A stretch of 64,000 nt of DNA from an uncultured virus (IMG/VR IMGVR_UViG_3300021957_000006). Lineage: Duplodnaviria > Heunggongvirae > Uroviricota > Caudoviricetes. This document shows positions 9,872-18,666 of the stretch, piece after piece (positions within the stretch are counted from its first letter, which is position 1; every line of letters begins with the position of its first letter). The notes under the pieces were generated by a model. It saw only the letters and a list, made by a program, of their open reading frames with translations. It searched no databases and had not been told where the DNA came from. The translations under genes were made by a program, and so were the position numbers. The stretch lies in IMG/VR virus record IMGVR_UViG_3300021957_000006; one strand, given 5' to 3'.

Positions 9872-11881
9872 TTAAGTTATTTGTGTTAAGTCTAACTGAT
9901 TAAATATTACATTACCAACAGTATTATTTCCAGATGCTTTAATTACTTCACAAAAAGCCCACATGTATTTTGGAGAAATATCTACCAACGATGATGAAGA
10001 AATAGTTTGTGCAAAAACCGCTGTAGTGGATGTAGTAGTCGGTGATTCATATGGTCCTAATTTATAGTTATTACTGTAAGCATATGTATTCCCACTAGCA
10101 CCTAATGCTTTATCTTGAATATAGTATAAAGTTATTCTAAACGTAACACCTAAACCAGAAGTATGACTAACATCCCAATTCAATCTTAAATCATTAGAAG
10201 AATAATCAGGAATTTGTAATGCATAATTATCTGAATATGTCTTACCAGCATTGTTATTAAAGAAATGCCATACTAATTTATTGCTATTTGATGGACTATT
10301 AAATTGAGCAATTGAAGGTCCTGCGTTACTTTCTGGACTGACTAAAGTTAATGGTCTACGATCTTTATTGTTTCGTAATACTGTTACTTTCCATGGTAAT
10401 CTATCACCGGGATCTTGATTAAAATTAAGTGGATTTCCTTGAGCTAACTCTAACGATGAATCAGCCAAGTCTAAGTTTGGAGAAAATGCTCTATAAGTTG
10501 TATCAGTGGTAGCTGCTGAAAAAATATTACTTGCATCCGATACAAGCTTGTATTGTTGATTGTTCAAATTGCTAAAGTTATAGTTGCTATTTGGATTATT
10601 TCCTAATCCACCATAACCAGTATTTTCTTCAACATACTGGTTATAACTAAAAGAAGGAGCGTGTGTACTTACTGTTCCTTCAGTTATATTAATTGTTTTA
10701 TAATTTGAATTGTAATTCTGCATCAAATGGCCTGTATCATATTTAGAATGATGATAGCCATCTCTAAATGTTAAATTAAAAGTTCCTGGGTAATTACTGC
10801 CATTGTTTTGATCATGAAATCTCCAGCCATACTGCCCATCTGTATATTTAATATAAGCATTCATAGTTCTTGTTGTTGTATTACTATAACTGTTTGTTTG
10901 GCTCTGAGTGGGCCAATAAGCATAATGGTTTTGACTGCTATAGCCCATAGTCCATCTATTTAAGTCAAAGTTATAGGTGTGTTTATTTGTATCATTTTCG
11001 CCATCATTATTCATGTAATGATAAAAGTAACTATAACCACCTGTGCCAACATGGCCGATGTCAATATCACCGTTACTATATATGTAAACACCATATCCTG
11101 GCATGTAAGAAGCTCCTTTAAATGCTTCTAACTTTATATCTCCTCCGTAAATGTAAGGGTTTTGATATTGTGAAACAGCAATTATTAAAGTATTCCTACA
11201 ATCCCAGTTAACACATCCCATTTCATTGTTTCCACTACCACCCCATCTCCATGTGTCCGAAGAGTCAGATCTATTAGAATTACTATGAATAATAGTCATA
11301 CCCCCAGTTTGAGACGTTTCACTTACCCATCCAGCTGTTACAGTAATACCGTGGCGCCCGATCCCGCTGGTTCCTCCTGACATACTAGACGGTTTTAAAA
11401 AATACATATTTGTATTGTTTTGGTTTTCTGTATAAATTGTACTCTGTGAAATACTTTTATCTTCATCCATAACATAAATGCCACCAGTATCTAATAAAGG
11501 AAAATGCTCATTCCAAGTGCTTTGGCCTGGTGGAAATCGAAAATTATTATATGAAGAATATTGAGCCTTATAATATTTCTCACCTGTGTTTTTTCTTAAC
11601 GCATACATAAACCGTCTATTAAATGTTGCATGGCTGTATTGGGATGGATTATTTGGCGTGCTTGTCCAAGCTTGCTGAGTTCCAAAAAAGTCGTTAAAAG
11701 GTAAACCTTTAAATCTTACCTCATCTCCAGATGCTAAAGTGCCTAATTTGGTGGAAGAGCTATTATGTAACAAATGGGATAACTTCCATGGTGAAGCATA
11801 TGTACCACTGCCGTTTCCAGTTGTTCCATGAATACCACCGCCTGATGATTCTAAATAAGGATCTACCCAATAAACAGTCAT
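9872..11881 (-). CDS. Putative tail spike / beta-helix receptor-binding protein
   Basis: N-terminal YWVD...G.GT..SPW cap typical of parallel beta-helix proteins; rich in Asn, Tyr and Ser. Confidence 0.5.
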   Translation of the reverse strand: MTVYWVDPYLESSGGGIHGTTGNGSGTYASPWKLSHLLHNSSSTKLGTLASGDEVRFKGLPFNDFFGTQQAWTSTPNNPSQYSHATFNRRFMYALRKNTGEKYYKAQYSSYNNFRFPPGQSTWNEHFPLLDTGGIYVMDEDKSISQSTIYTENQNNTNMYFLKPSSMSGGTSGIGRHGITVTAGWVSETSQTGGMTIIHSNSNRSDSSDTWRWGGSGNNEMGCVNWDCRNTLIIAVSQYQNPYIYGGDIKLEAFKGASYMPGYGVYIYSNGDIDIGHVGTGGYSYFYHYMNNDGENDTNKHTYNFDLNRWTMGYSSQNHYAYWPTQSQTNSYSNTTTRTMNAYIKYTDGQYGWRFHDQNNGSNYPGTFNLTFRDGYHHSKYDTGHLMQNYNSNYKTINITEGTVSTHAPSFSYNQYVEENTGYGGLGNNPNSNYNFSNLNNQQYKLVSDASNIFSAATTDTTYRAFSPNLDLADSSLELAQGNPLNFNQDPGDRLPWKVTVLRNNKDRRPLTLVSPESNAGPSIAQFNSPSNSNKLVWHFFNNNAGKTYSDNYALQIPDYSSNDLRLNWDVSHTSGLGVTFRITLYYIQDKALGASGNTYAYSNNYKLGPYESPTTTSTTAVFAQTISSSSLVDISPKYMWAFCEVIKASGNNTVGNVIFNQLDLTQIT

Positions 11882-12114
11882 TACGATATCTCCTCTATAA
11901 TTGCATCGTTTACTTTAGCTTGTGTGATTGCCCAACGTTCGCCATCTTCTATTTCAACTGAAATTGTTCTTGTTACTGTTGTAGTTTCCCCATCACTATC
12001 GGTGTATTTCATAGGAACATAGACTTCCACACGATCATTCTCATCAGAAAAATATTGATGTTCATAAGCAGAGAAATTTTCAGGAATGTATTTAGAAAGT
12101 AATTTATACGGCAT
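11881..12114 (-). CDS. Hypothetical protein
   Basis: 77-aa ORF coupled to its neighbours. Confidence 0.7.
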   Translation of the reverse strand: MPYKLLSKYIPENFSAYEHQYFSDENDRVEVYVPMKYTDSDGETTTVTRTISVEIEDGERWAITQAKVNDAIIEEIS

Positions 12115-12118
12115 TTTA

Positions 12119-12700
12119 TTATCCTGTTACGAAATAGATTGTATTAGCATCTGGAGAGCCAGGCAAAGAGGCTACAACTTCAAGTGCATAGCCTTTAATA
12201 GCTTTACCAGTAACATATATGTTACCTACCATTGATGCGTGATTGGTACATTGATATACTAGGGTGTCAGGTGCATCCATAGGTACAGTAAATGATACCT
12301 TAGCACTACTAGCTCCTGTTACTCCAGATGTATATGCTGAACCTCCATTAGAGACTCTAATTGCTAATGGATGAGATGAATATGATGAGTTGTGGATACA
12401 ATAGGTTTTACCTCTTTCAAAATACATATCAGGGTTGCTACCTGATTCCGAAGGAAACCCGTCTCCTGTAAATTTATATACATTGCTTCCTGCTGTACTT
12501 ACAGTTATTACAGCATCTGGCATGCCAGTTTCGTCACCAAGCTTAGAAGTTAATTGAGCTTCCAACCCGGTAAGATTGGAAGCTTCCATTTGTGACACGC
12601 CTAGTTTTTTAAACTTTCGGCCATCCCATTTATAACCAACCCCATTAGTAGTAACAGACTGGTTTAATGATTTTGAACTTGGAAATTTTATCTTGGGCAT
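12119..12700 (-). CDS. Putative virion protein with cupredoxin-like domain
   Basis: SHPL ... YQCTNHASMVG; fibre-like N-terminus (FPSS..YKWDG) and PDANTIYFV C-terminus. Confidence 0.65.
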   Translation of the reverse strand: MPKIKFPSSKSLNQSVTTNGVGYKWDGRKFKKLGVSQMEASNLTGLEAQLTSKLGDETGMPDAVITVSTAGSNVYKFTGDGFPSESGSNPDMYFERGKTYCIHNSSYSSHPLAIRVSNGGSAYTSGVTGASSAKVSFTVPMDAPDTLVYQCTNHASMVGNIYVTGKAIKGYALEVVASLPGSPDANTIYFVTG

Positions 12701-12723
12701 TGTAAAACCTTTCTAATTAACAG

Positions 12724-12731
12724 TATTTATA
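12724..12731 (-). promoter_or_regulatory. T4-type late promoter TATAAATA
   Basis: Exact consensus overlapping the stop of the FkbM gene, upstream of 12700. Confidence 0.8.
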
Positions 12732-13335
12732 AGGTTTGGAATAGCCAATCGCTCTGAATAAGTCGATCATTTACATATGAATTATCAATTAAATCAACCG
12801 GGGCGTAATTAATTTTGTTCATATAGTTAAATACATCAGAAATTAAAGGTGCACCTTCGTTATAATGTACGTATGAGCACTCTAAAAGAATAAATCTAGG
12901 TTTTGTTTTTAACAAGTTTTTTGCACCATCAAGGATTAACAACTCTGATCCCTGGGTATCTATTTTTATAAAATCAACTGGATCAGTAACAAAACTATCT
13001 AGTTGTTTCATTTGTCTAAGCTGTGGTTTAGAATCTCTATAAAACTCTGTATTTTCTTTAAACACAGAAGTCCCTGTGGTAGATCCCCATCCACTATCAT
13101 CTATTGTAAAAAGCTCAACCGTTTTTTCAGTATCACCTAATACTTCAAAAACAGCATCTGATTGCAGATACTGTTCATTACGCTTATCAGCTTCAAATTG
13201 TTGAACATGACAAGAAGGCCAAACAGACTTTAGAATAGTAGTAAACTCACCTCTATAAGCACCAATATCTAAAGCCTGTTTAACTTCTACTCCGGTTCTT
13301 TTTAAATAAAAGAACCTTTCTATAAAGCCATGCAT
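12727..13335 (-). CDS. FkbM-family SAM-dependent methyltransferase
   Basis: LDIGAYRG, FEAD, DFIKIDTQGSELLILDGA motifs. Confidence 0.9.
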   Translation of the reverse strand: MHGFIERFFYLKRTGVEVKQALDIGAYRGEFTTILKSVWPSCHVQQFEADKRNEQYLQSDAVFEVLGDTEKTVELFTIDDSGWGSTTGTSVFKENTEFYRDSKPQLRQMKQLDSFVTDPVDFIKIDTQGSELLILDGAKNLLKTKPRFILLECSYVHYNEGAPLISDVFNYMNKINYAPVDLIDNSYVNDRLIQSDWLFQTL

Positions 13336-13577
13336 TACTCTTCTGCGAGTTCTTCCGCTACATTATCATCTGAAGCTTCTAAAGAACCTGATAGACTATT
13401 AACAAAGAATTGCCGTGCTGCTTGAAGCTGAGCCATTTCCATATTTAAGTTACTAACCTTATTATCAAGATTGCCAATTTGCTGCAGCATACCCTTTTGC
13501 TCATCTGTCAGATCCTCAACAGCATATTCATTATCGTTGATTGTGATCATTTGTTTTTGTGTCGGTTCTTCAGCCAT
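13335..13577 (-). CDS. Small coiled-coil protein (DUF6447-like)
   Basis: ITINDNEY..EDLTDEQK followed by a heptad helix. Confidence 0.6.
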   Translation of the reverse strand: MAEEPTQKQMITINDNEYAVEDLTDEQKGMLQQIGNLDNKVSNLNMEMAQLQAARQFFVNSLSGSLEASDDNVAEELAEE

Positions 13578-14472
13578 TTGTTGTTACCTCGTTTATTAGC
13601 TGTTGCCATTGATATTGTCTTGTTCCCCAAGACCAATGATTTAAATAATACTTATACTGACTTTTACGCCAATTATAATTATCCCAATATGTGTCGATAG
13701 CATTATTCAATATCTTTGAATATCTATCAACGATGTTATTACAAAGTGGGACGTAGTCCGCCCACGTCCCACAGGTTTCATAAAGCGCTCCGTAGTTAGT
13801 AGTAACTACCTTACATCCACTAGATAATGCTTCTATTGCCGAAAGGCAACTAGTTTCTTCAAAAACTGATGGGTAAGCAAGTATATGAGCGTCTTGAACT
13901 GCTTCCCTAACTATATTGTTAGGTGCATATTCGACATGGTTGTATCCAAGTTCTTTTATTGTGTTATATATCTGATCAAATTGACCCTTTGTTTGCTCTG
14001 CAAAGCTAGGACCGTATATAGATGTACCAGAGTATATATCTACTTCAATGTCAGATCTATTAATATTTTTTAGAACTTCTAATAGTAAATGTAGACCTCT
14101 CCATGGAGTTGACGTATAAATTAATTTAATTTTATCTTTTGGCTTATCTTTCCACTCAAACTCTGGCACTGCGTTTTGAATAACATAACAATCTATATCA
14201 TCTAAAGGAAAGTTTTTTCTAAATTGTTCATGTTGCCAATGAGAAACAAACACTATAGCGTCTAGTCTTTTCGTATATTCAGGCTCTTTAAGACCTTTAG
14301 CATTCTCTTCATTAATATTTAAATGCTGCCATAGTACATTAGGTTTAGTATCTGATAAAAGGTCTGGATGACAGATAGACAATATAAGATTAATATCAGA
14401 AAAGTCAACTCTTTTTGATAGATTATTATAAAGTAATTCAGTACCGCCGATCGGACTACTTGGTTTCTGCAT
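13570..14472 (-). CDS. Glycosyltransferase, GT-B fold (GT4-like)
   Basis: GGTE, FVSHWQ, IYTSTPWRGL, YPSVFEETSCLSAIEA (Ex7E) motifs. Confidence 0.9.
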   Translation of the reverse strand: MQKPSSPIGGTELLYNNLSKRVDFSDINLILSICHPDLLSDTKPNVLWQHLNINEENAKGLKEPEYTKRLDAIVFVSHWQHEQFRKNFPLDDIDCYVIQNAVPEFEWKDKPKDKIKLIYTSTPWRGLHLLLEVLKNINRSDIEVDIYSGTSIYGPSFAEQTKGQFDQIYNTIKELGYNHVEYAPNNIVREAVQDAHILAYPSVFEETSCLSAIEALSSGCKVVTTNYGALYETCGTWADYVPLCNNIVDRYSKILNNAIDTYWDNYNWRKSQYKYYLNHWSWGTRQYQWQQLINEVTTNG

Positions 14473-15313
14473 ATAAGAACCTACACTTCTTCAAAGGACT
14501 ATCCTTTTGTTTCCAAAAGTCATACTCTGCATACATATTAAATAAGTCAGCAGGAAGGATTGTTTCTCTCTGCTCAAATGTTACATCTTTCCGTACTTTA
14601 TGTAACCCATCTATTTTAGCATCTGTATCGTAGTTATCGTAAGAAGCTTCTGTATCATTAAAGTCATGTTCATACCACTCTTCTTCAATAAACTCATATA
14701 TGTGTTTCATAACCTCTTTTGGATGAGAAGCTAAAACATCATACTCAATAAACATAATATTTTCTTGCTCTTCACATGCTGCAGCCTGTTTAACAAAATC
14801 TAAAGGACCTTTTACTCTGGCATTTTTATCTGGATATTGTCCCATAAGCATATGACAACGCTCATAAACAGATGCCCAGTCAATGTGATCATATAATGGT
14901 TTTATTTTTAGAGGGTTCTTTCTATGAAGCTTTTCAAAAGAATCTAAAATCCAAGGTATGCTTCGAACTGTAATAATCATTTTAAAGTCAGGGTATAATT
15001 GTTTTAGTAAATGAGTGTCAGCAGCCCACCCTCTACCAGTATTAAAACAAACTTCTGTATCATCTTTATAGAAAGCATCGAAGTCTGCTCTCATAAGATC
15101 ATATAACCTCTCGTCTGGAACTACGTCTGCCATTCCTACATTCATATTTACAGCTGTTATCTTACTCTTCACAAAGTCTGCAAGAGGGTCTGATATCCCT
15201 GCTGTAAATCTAGGATTCTGGTTTAAGATAGTAGAGAGCAGTGTAGAGCCAGATCGAGGTAACCCCGAAATAAAATTATATTTTTTAGTATTGTTCATAT
15301 GATTTTTCTTCAA
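14456..15313 (-). CDS. Sulfotransferase
   Basis: PAPS-binding motif FISGLPRSGSTLL, plus LNQNP and R...ILDS. The true start may be the second Met (15298). Confidence 0.9.
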   Translation of the reverse strand: MKKNHMNNTKKYNFISGLPRSGSTLLSTILNQNPRFTAGISDPLADFVKSKITAVNMNVGMADVVPDERLYDLMRADFDAFYKDDTEVCFNTGRGWAADTHLLKQLYPDFKMIITVRSIPWILDSFEKLHRKNPLKIKPLYDHIDWASVYERCHMLMGQYPDKNARVKGPLDFVKQAAACEEQENIMFIEYDVLASHPKEVMKHIYEFIEEEWYEHDFNDTEASYDNYDTDAKIDGLHKVRKDVTFEQRETILPADLFNMYAEYDFWKQKDSPLKKCRFLYAETK

Positions 15314-15665
15314 CTAAGTCAGATCCAACCTTTAGATTGATATCTTTTTTTACTTTAGCTCTTTTATCGTTAGTAATATATACTGACCGAGCAAGCTCAA
15401 TAAACTCTTGATCAAACTCTTTCTTTGATTCCTTTACTCGAATCTTGTCCTCAATATCCCAGAGCTCTGCATTTATATTTTCAAGAGATTGAAACTCTAA
15501 TAGAATATCCGGAGCTCCTGCTTTAGAAAGAACACCACTTAGCAACACTAACTCTTTCTGTACATTCTCTAGCTTAAGAGGATCTGTTATGTTACGATTC
15601 TTAATTCTAAGAATAGTAATCTTATCCACAAGCTCTCCAAGGCTGATAGGTGCTTCTACAATCAT
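15285..15665 (-). CDS. DUF6165-like protein
   Basis: APISLGELVDKITILRIK, LWDIEDKIR, ELARSVYITNDKRA, VEEKSY motifs. Confidence 0.8.
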   Translation of the reverse strand: MIVEAPISLGELVDKITILRIKNRNITDPLKLENVQKELVLLSGVLSKAGAPDILLEFQSLENINAELWDIEDKIRVKESKKEFDQEFIELARSVYITNDKRAKVKKDINLKVGSDLVEEKSYEQY

Positions 15666-16573
15666 TTGTGTGCAAACCTTATTTTATCTTCTTCAGGTCT
15701 GCGTCCATGAACTTTATTTACATATGTATCATAAACATCTTGGGCGTCTACCATAAGATTACGAGGGTCAGCTATATCCATTTTATAGTATGTGTTATAT
15801 TTCTTCTTATCATGAAATGACATATTATAGTTTTGCATATAACCAAACTGTGTCCATCGCGTATTACCCCAAATTACAACTCCGGGAGTTCCTGTAGATG
15901 CTGCAAAATGCTGAACACAAGAATCAATACCGATAAATCCCTTTGCATTTTTTAACAGCTCATGCAATACAGGAAATGATTTATCACACTTAATAGATCC
16001 AGCATAGCCTGGCTCGTTAGGCATACTAGTATCGATGACGGTATGATCTGGAAATTTTTCGTTCAATACATTAACTATACTCTGAGAGAAATAAGGATGG
16101 TAGTTGCGGCCTGCATTAGAACTAACATATTGATTATTAGGATCCCACCCGATAGGGGTTTGACCTCCAGTAAACTGAATCATAATATAATTTTTAATAT
16201 TATTATCTGACAACCATTTTTGTGTATCTTCCTTTGCCCAGTCAGTATACATTCTAGGACGCATACCAGGATCATATTCAATATCGTGTAGCTTACAATA
16301 TGCTTGTACTAAGTGCCAATCACCTTTAACAAAATTACTTTTGTAAGGCTCTGAGTAGTAGATATTATCTGATTCTAAAATTCTTGGATCATCTAATGGA
16401 ATAGATGACTCATCAAAACACATCTTGACAAGAGGATTATCTCTAAACACATCAACATAAGGCGTTACAATTTGTACTGGCTCACCAGCTCTTTCAGCTA
16501 GTTTAGGTAGAAGCGCTGTAAACATGACGCATTTACCAATACCACCCTCAACTACATAAGTATCTAAAGACAT
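15662..16573 (-). CDS. GT9 (LPS heptosyltransferase-like) glycosyltransferase
   Basis: N-terminal GGIGK and C-terminal FIGIDSCVQHFAA...VVIWG.T....FGY. Confidence 0.75.
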   Translation of the reverse strand: MSLDTYVVEGGIGKCVMFTALLPKLAERAGEPVQIVTPYVDVFRDNPLVKMCFDESSIPLDDPRILESDNIYYSEPYKSNFVKGDWHLVQAYCKLHDIEYDPGMRPRMYTDWAKEDTQKWLSDNNIKNYIMIQFTGGQTPIGWDPNNQYVSSNAGRNYHPYFSQSIVNVLNEKFPDHTVIDTSMPNEPGYAGSIKCDKSFPVLHELLKNAKGFIGIDSCVQHFAASTGTPGVVIWGNTRWTQFGYMQNYNMSFHDKKKYNTYYKMDIADPRNLMVDAQDVYDTYVNKVHGRRPEEDKIRFAHK

Positions 16574-16598
16574 AATTTCTCCATTATCAATTCATTCT

Positions 16599-16627
16599 AT
16601 TATACTATACCATTATATATAGGTCAA
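16599..16627 (-). promoter_or_regulatory. Sigma70-type (early) promoter
   Basis: -35 TTGACC (16627-16622), 17-bp spacer, -10 TATAAT (16604-16599); GGAG RBS before ATG at 16573. Confidence 0.8.
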
Positions 16628-16630
16628 GCT

Positions 16631-17062
16631 TTATTCCGGTTTAGTTGGCCAAGTTACGTTAAATGGGAATTCCTCTTGGCTTGGGATATCTTTTAGGGCT
16701 TGACGGTATGTAGACATCTCTGCAGATAATTTATTCTCCGGTAAGGTAAGATGATCTGTTTCAGCTAATATACAATCCCGATAAACTATTACATTAGACT
16801 CAGCTTCATCTTCCGACTTGTTAGATATAGAGTAATTTACCTGCCACTCATCACCGTTTAATACAGGAGTTCCTGGTACTATATCCTGTACTTTAGAATC
16901 ATATGATGGAGCTTCTAACTCTATTACCTGATAAACCCCATATGTTCCTAATACAGTATCAGATATCTCTTCTGGAAAAGATGTATCCGGATTATCTCGA
17001 CGAAATTGAGCTATTGTGTACGGATATTGAACAGACAGTCCGTTTACTGTTTTTGCATACAT
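16631..17062 (-). CDS. Tail fibre assembly chaperone-like protein
   Basis: C-terminal YRQALKDIP.Q..FP..VTWPTKP motif. Confidence 0.75.
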   Translation of the reverse strand: MYAKTVNGLSVQYPYTIAQFRRDNPDTSFPEEISDTVLGTYGVYQVIELEAPSYDSKVQDIVPGTPVLNGDEWQVNYSISNKSEDEAESNVIVYRDCILAETDHLTLPENKLSAEMSTYRQALKDIPSQEEFPFNVTWPTKPE

Positions 17063-17071
17063 ATTCTTTCC

Positions 17072-17953
17072 TTATGATGCTTCTAATGTTTCATTGCCGT
17101 TAGAGTCAGACAGGCTTGTTAATGTAGATGGAAAGCTTCTGCCAGTCCCCCAGATAATACGAACTGCACCGGTTTGCGCTGCCGTTGGAGTGCCACTCAT
17201 CGCTGCAGATCCTGCTCCAAACTGACCTCCATATGGATTACCTCCGTCTGCTCCACCCGAGCCTCCACGTCCCCCGTGGCTAGCTTGATTAGCAGTAGCT
17301 GCAGCGCCATTTGAACCCTGACCGAACAATCCTACACCGCCCCCTCCCGTTCCGAGCCCTGGATAACTACTAGGACCAACAGCACCTCCACCACCAGCGC
17401 CACCAGATCCGGAAGTTCCAGCTGCTGGACCCTTACCTGCTGTTCCTCCATCTCCATTATATCCACCAGCGCCTCCGCCAGCGCCCTCTCTGTAAGCATT
17501 CCCTCCTTCAGGAACCGCCCCATAAAAATCAGATGATGCTAGACCTCCGCGGCCTCCACCATCATAATTCGATCCTATAGATTTATATTGAGACGAGCTG
17601 GAACCAGAATACCCCCCTTGGCCTCCTGTAGCTGTAGTACCTAGTGCCGTACTATCCTCAGCTGCGTGGTTGTATGGAGCAACAGCGCCTGTTATACTAT
17701 TGGTAGCTCCCACTACAATTGTATATGATTGACCAGGAACAACAGTAATGTTATTCTTATAAGCTAATGATCCTCCACTTCCTCCATAAGCTCCTCCACT
17801 TCCCCCTGCCCCAACACAGACTACGCAAACACTAGTAACTCCTGTAGGACAAGTCCAAGTATATGAACCAGCAGTTTCCCATCTTGCGCCTCCAGGGTCA
17901 ATAACCTCTTCTGCAGACACACTGCTTAAAAGAGCTAGCATCAAACCAGACAT
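17072..17953 (-). CDS. Glycine-rich tail fibre adhesin-like protein
   Basis: YTWTCPTGVTSVCVVCVGAGG start, polyglycine blocks, GAVRIIW end; resembles gp38-type glycine-rich domains. Confidence 0.7.
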   Translation of the reverse strand: MSGLMLALLSSVSAEEVIDPGGARWETAGSYTWTCPTGVTSVCVVCVGAGGSGGAYGGSGGSLAYKNNITVVPGQSYTIVVGATNSITGAVAPYNHAAEDSTALGTTATGGQGGYSGSSSSQYKSIGSNYDGGGRGGLASSDFYGAVPEGGNAYREGAGGGAGGYNGDGGTAGKGPAAGTSGSGGAGGGGAVGPSSYPGLGTGGGGVGLFGQGSNGAAATANQASHGGRGGSGGADGGNPYGGQFGAGSAAMSGTPTAAQTGAVRIIWGTGRSFPSTLTSLSDSNGNETLEAS

Positions 17954-18324
17954 TAGCTAACGCTCCCTGCAATAACACAAACAGTACCACTAATAAACAG
18001 TATTGTTGCAATCCCCCTTGTAGCAAGTGTTACTGACGCTTTATCTGTATTAGTACCACTTATATATGCGGTTGTAATTGAACAAGTAATAGTTACGTTG
18101 CCTGTAGTGTTGTTAAATACACTTACAATATCTCCTTCGGAAAAGGTCGAGTTAGGTATAGTAATACTACCTCCCGAACCTACCTGTATATACTTTCCTA
18201 CGTCACCAGTAGCTAAAGTATAACTAGACGTCTTGGTACCCACAGGAGAAATACTAGCAGCAGCAGTTAATGATCCACTACTAACAGAAATATCATTGGT
18301 TTGATGATTTATATTTATTGACAT
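17953..18324 (-). CDS. Small tail fibre-associated protein
   Basis: TSSYTL...DVGK...SITIP...GD.V motif common in phage fibre C-terminal domains. Confidence 0.6.
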   Translation of the reverse strand: MSININHQTNDISVSSGSLTAAASISPVGTKTSSYTLATGDVGKYIQVGSGGSITIPNSTFSEGDIVSVFNNTTGNVTITCSITTAYISGTNTDKASVTLATRGIATILFISGTVCVIAGSVS

Positions 18325-18342
18325 AAGTGATTCCTTAATTAT

Positions 18343-18651
18343 TTATGCAGCCGTAGATCCCGCCATGTCATCTTGATCCATTACCCAAGCATAACACTTA
18401 GCTAAGAATGTATCACCTGTTTTAGCTTCAACATCTGTTAAGTTTGCGTTAAAACGCTTGGAATCTACATCTCGAGTTTCATCGTTAGGTGAGTTAGTCG
18501 CATAAGCACAAAGATCAATCATTACCATAAATTTAGCATCTATTATGCTAGGCTGCCGTATAATAACAGCTGATACAATTCGATAGTATGCATCGTTGAA
18601 AGCTATACCGAATTGGCTGTTTTCAGCAATAATGTTATTTAAAATAGCCAT
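18343..18651 (-). CDS. Hypothetical protein (possible fibre chaperone)
   Basis: 102-aa ORF with AAGGA RBS directly after the giant fibre gene. Confidence 0.7.
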   Translation of the reverse strand: MAILNNIIAENSQFGIAFNDAYYRIVSAVIIRQPSIIDAKFMVMIDLCAYATNSPNDETRDVDSKRFNANLTDVEAKTGDTFLAKCYAWVMDQDDMAGSTAA

Positions 18652-18666
18652 GAGTTTATTTCCTTT

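Noticed and set aside
18340..18347. Variant late promoter CATAAATA before the 123-aa gene
   Set aside because: It has one mismatch and leaves very little leader. Plausible, but not distinguishable from chance in AT-rich DNA.
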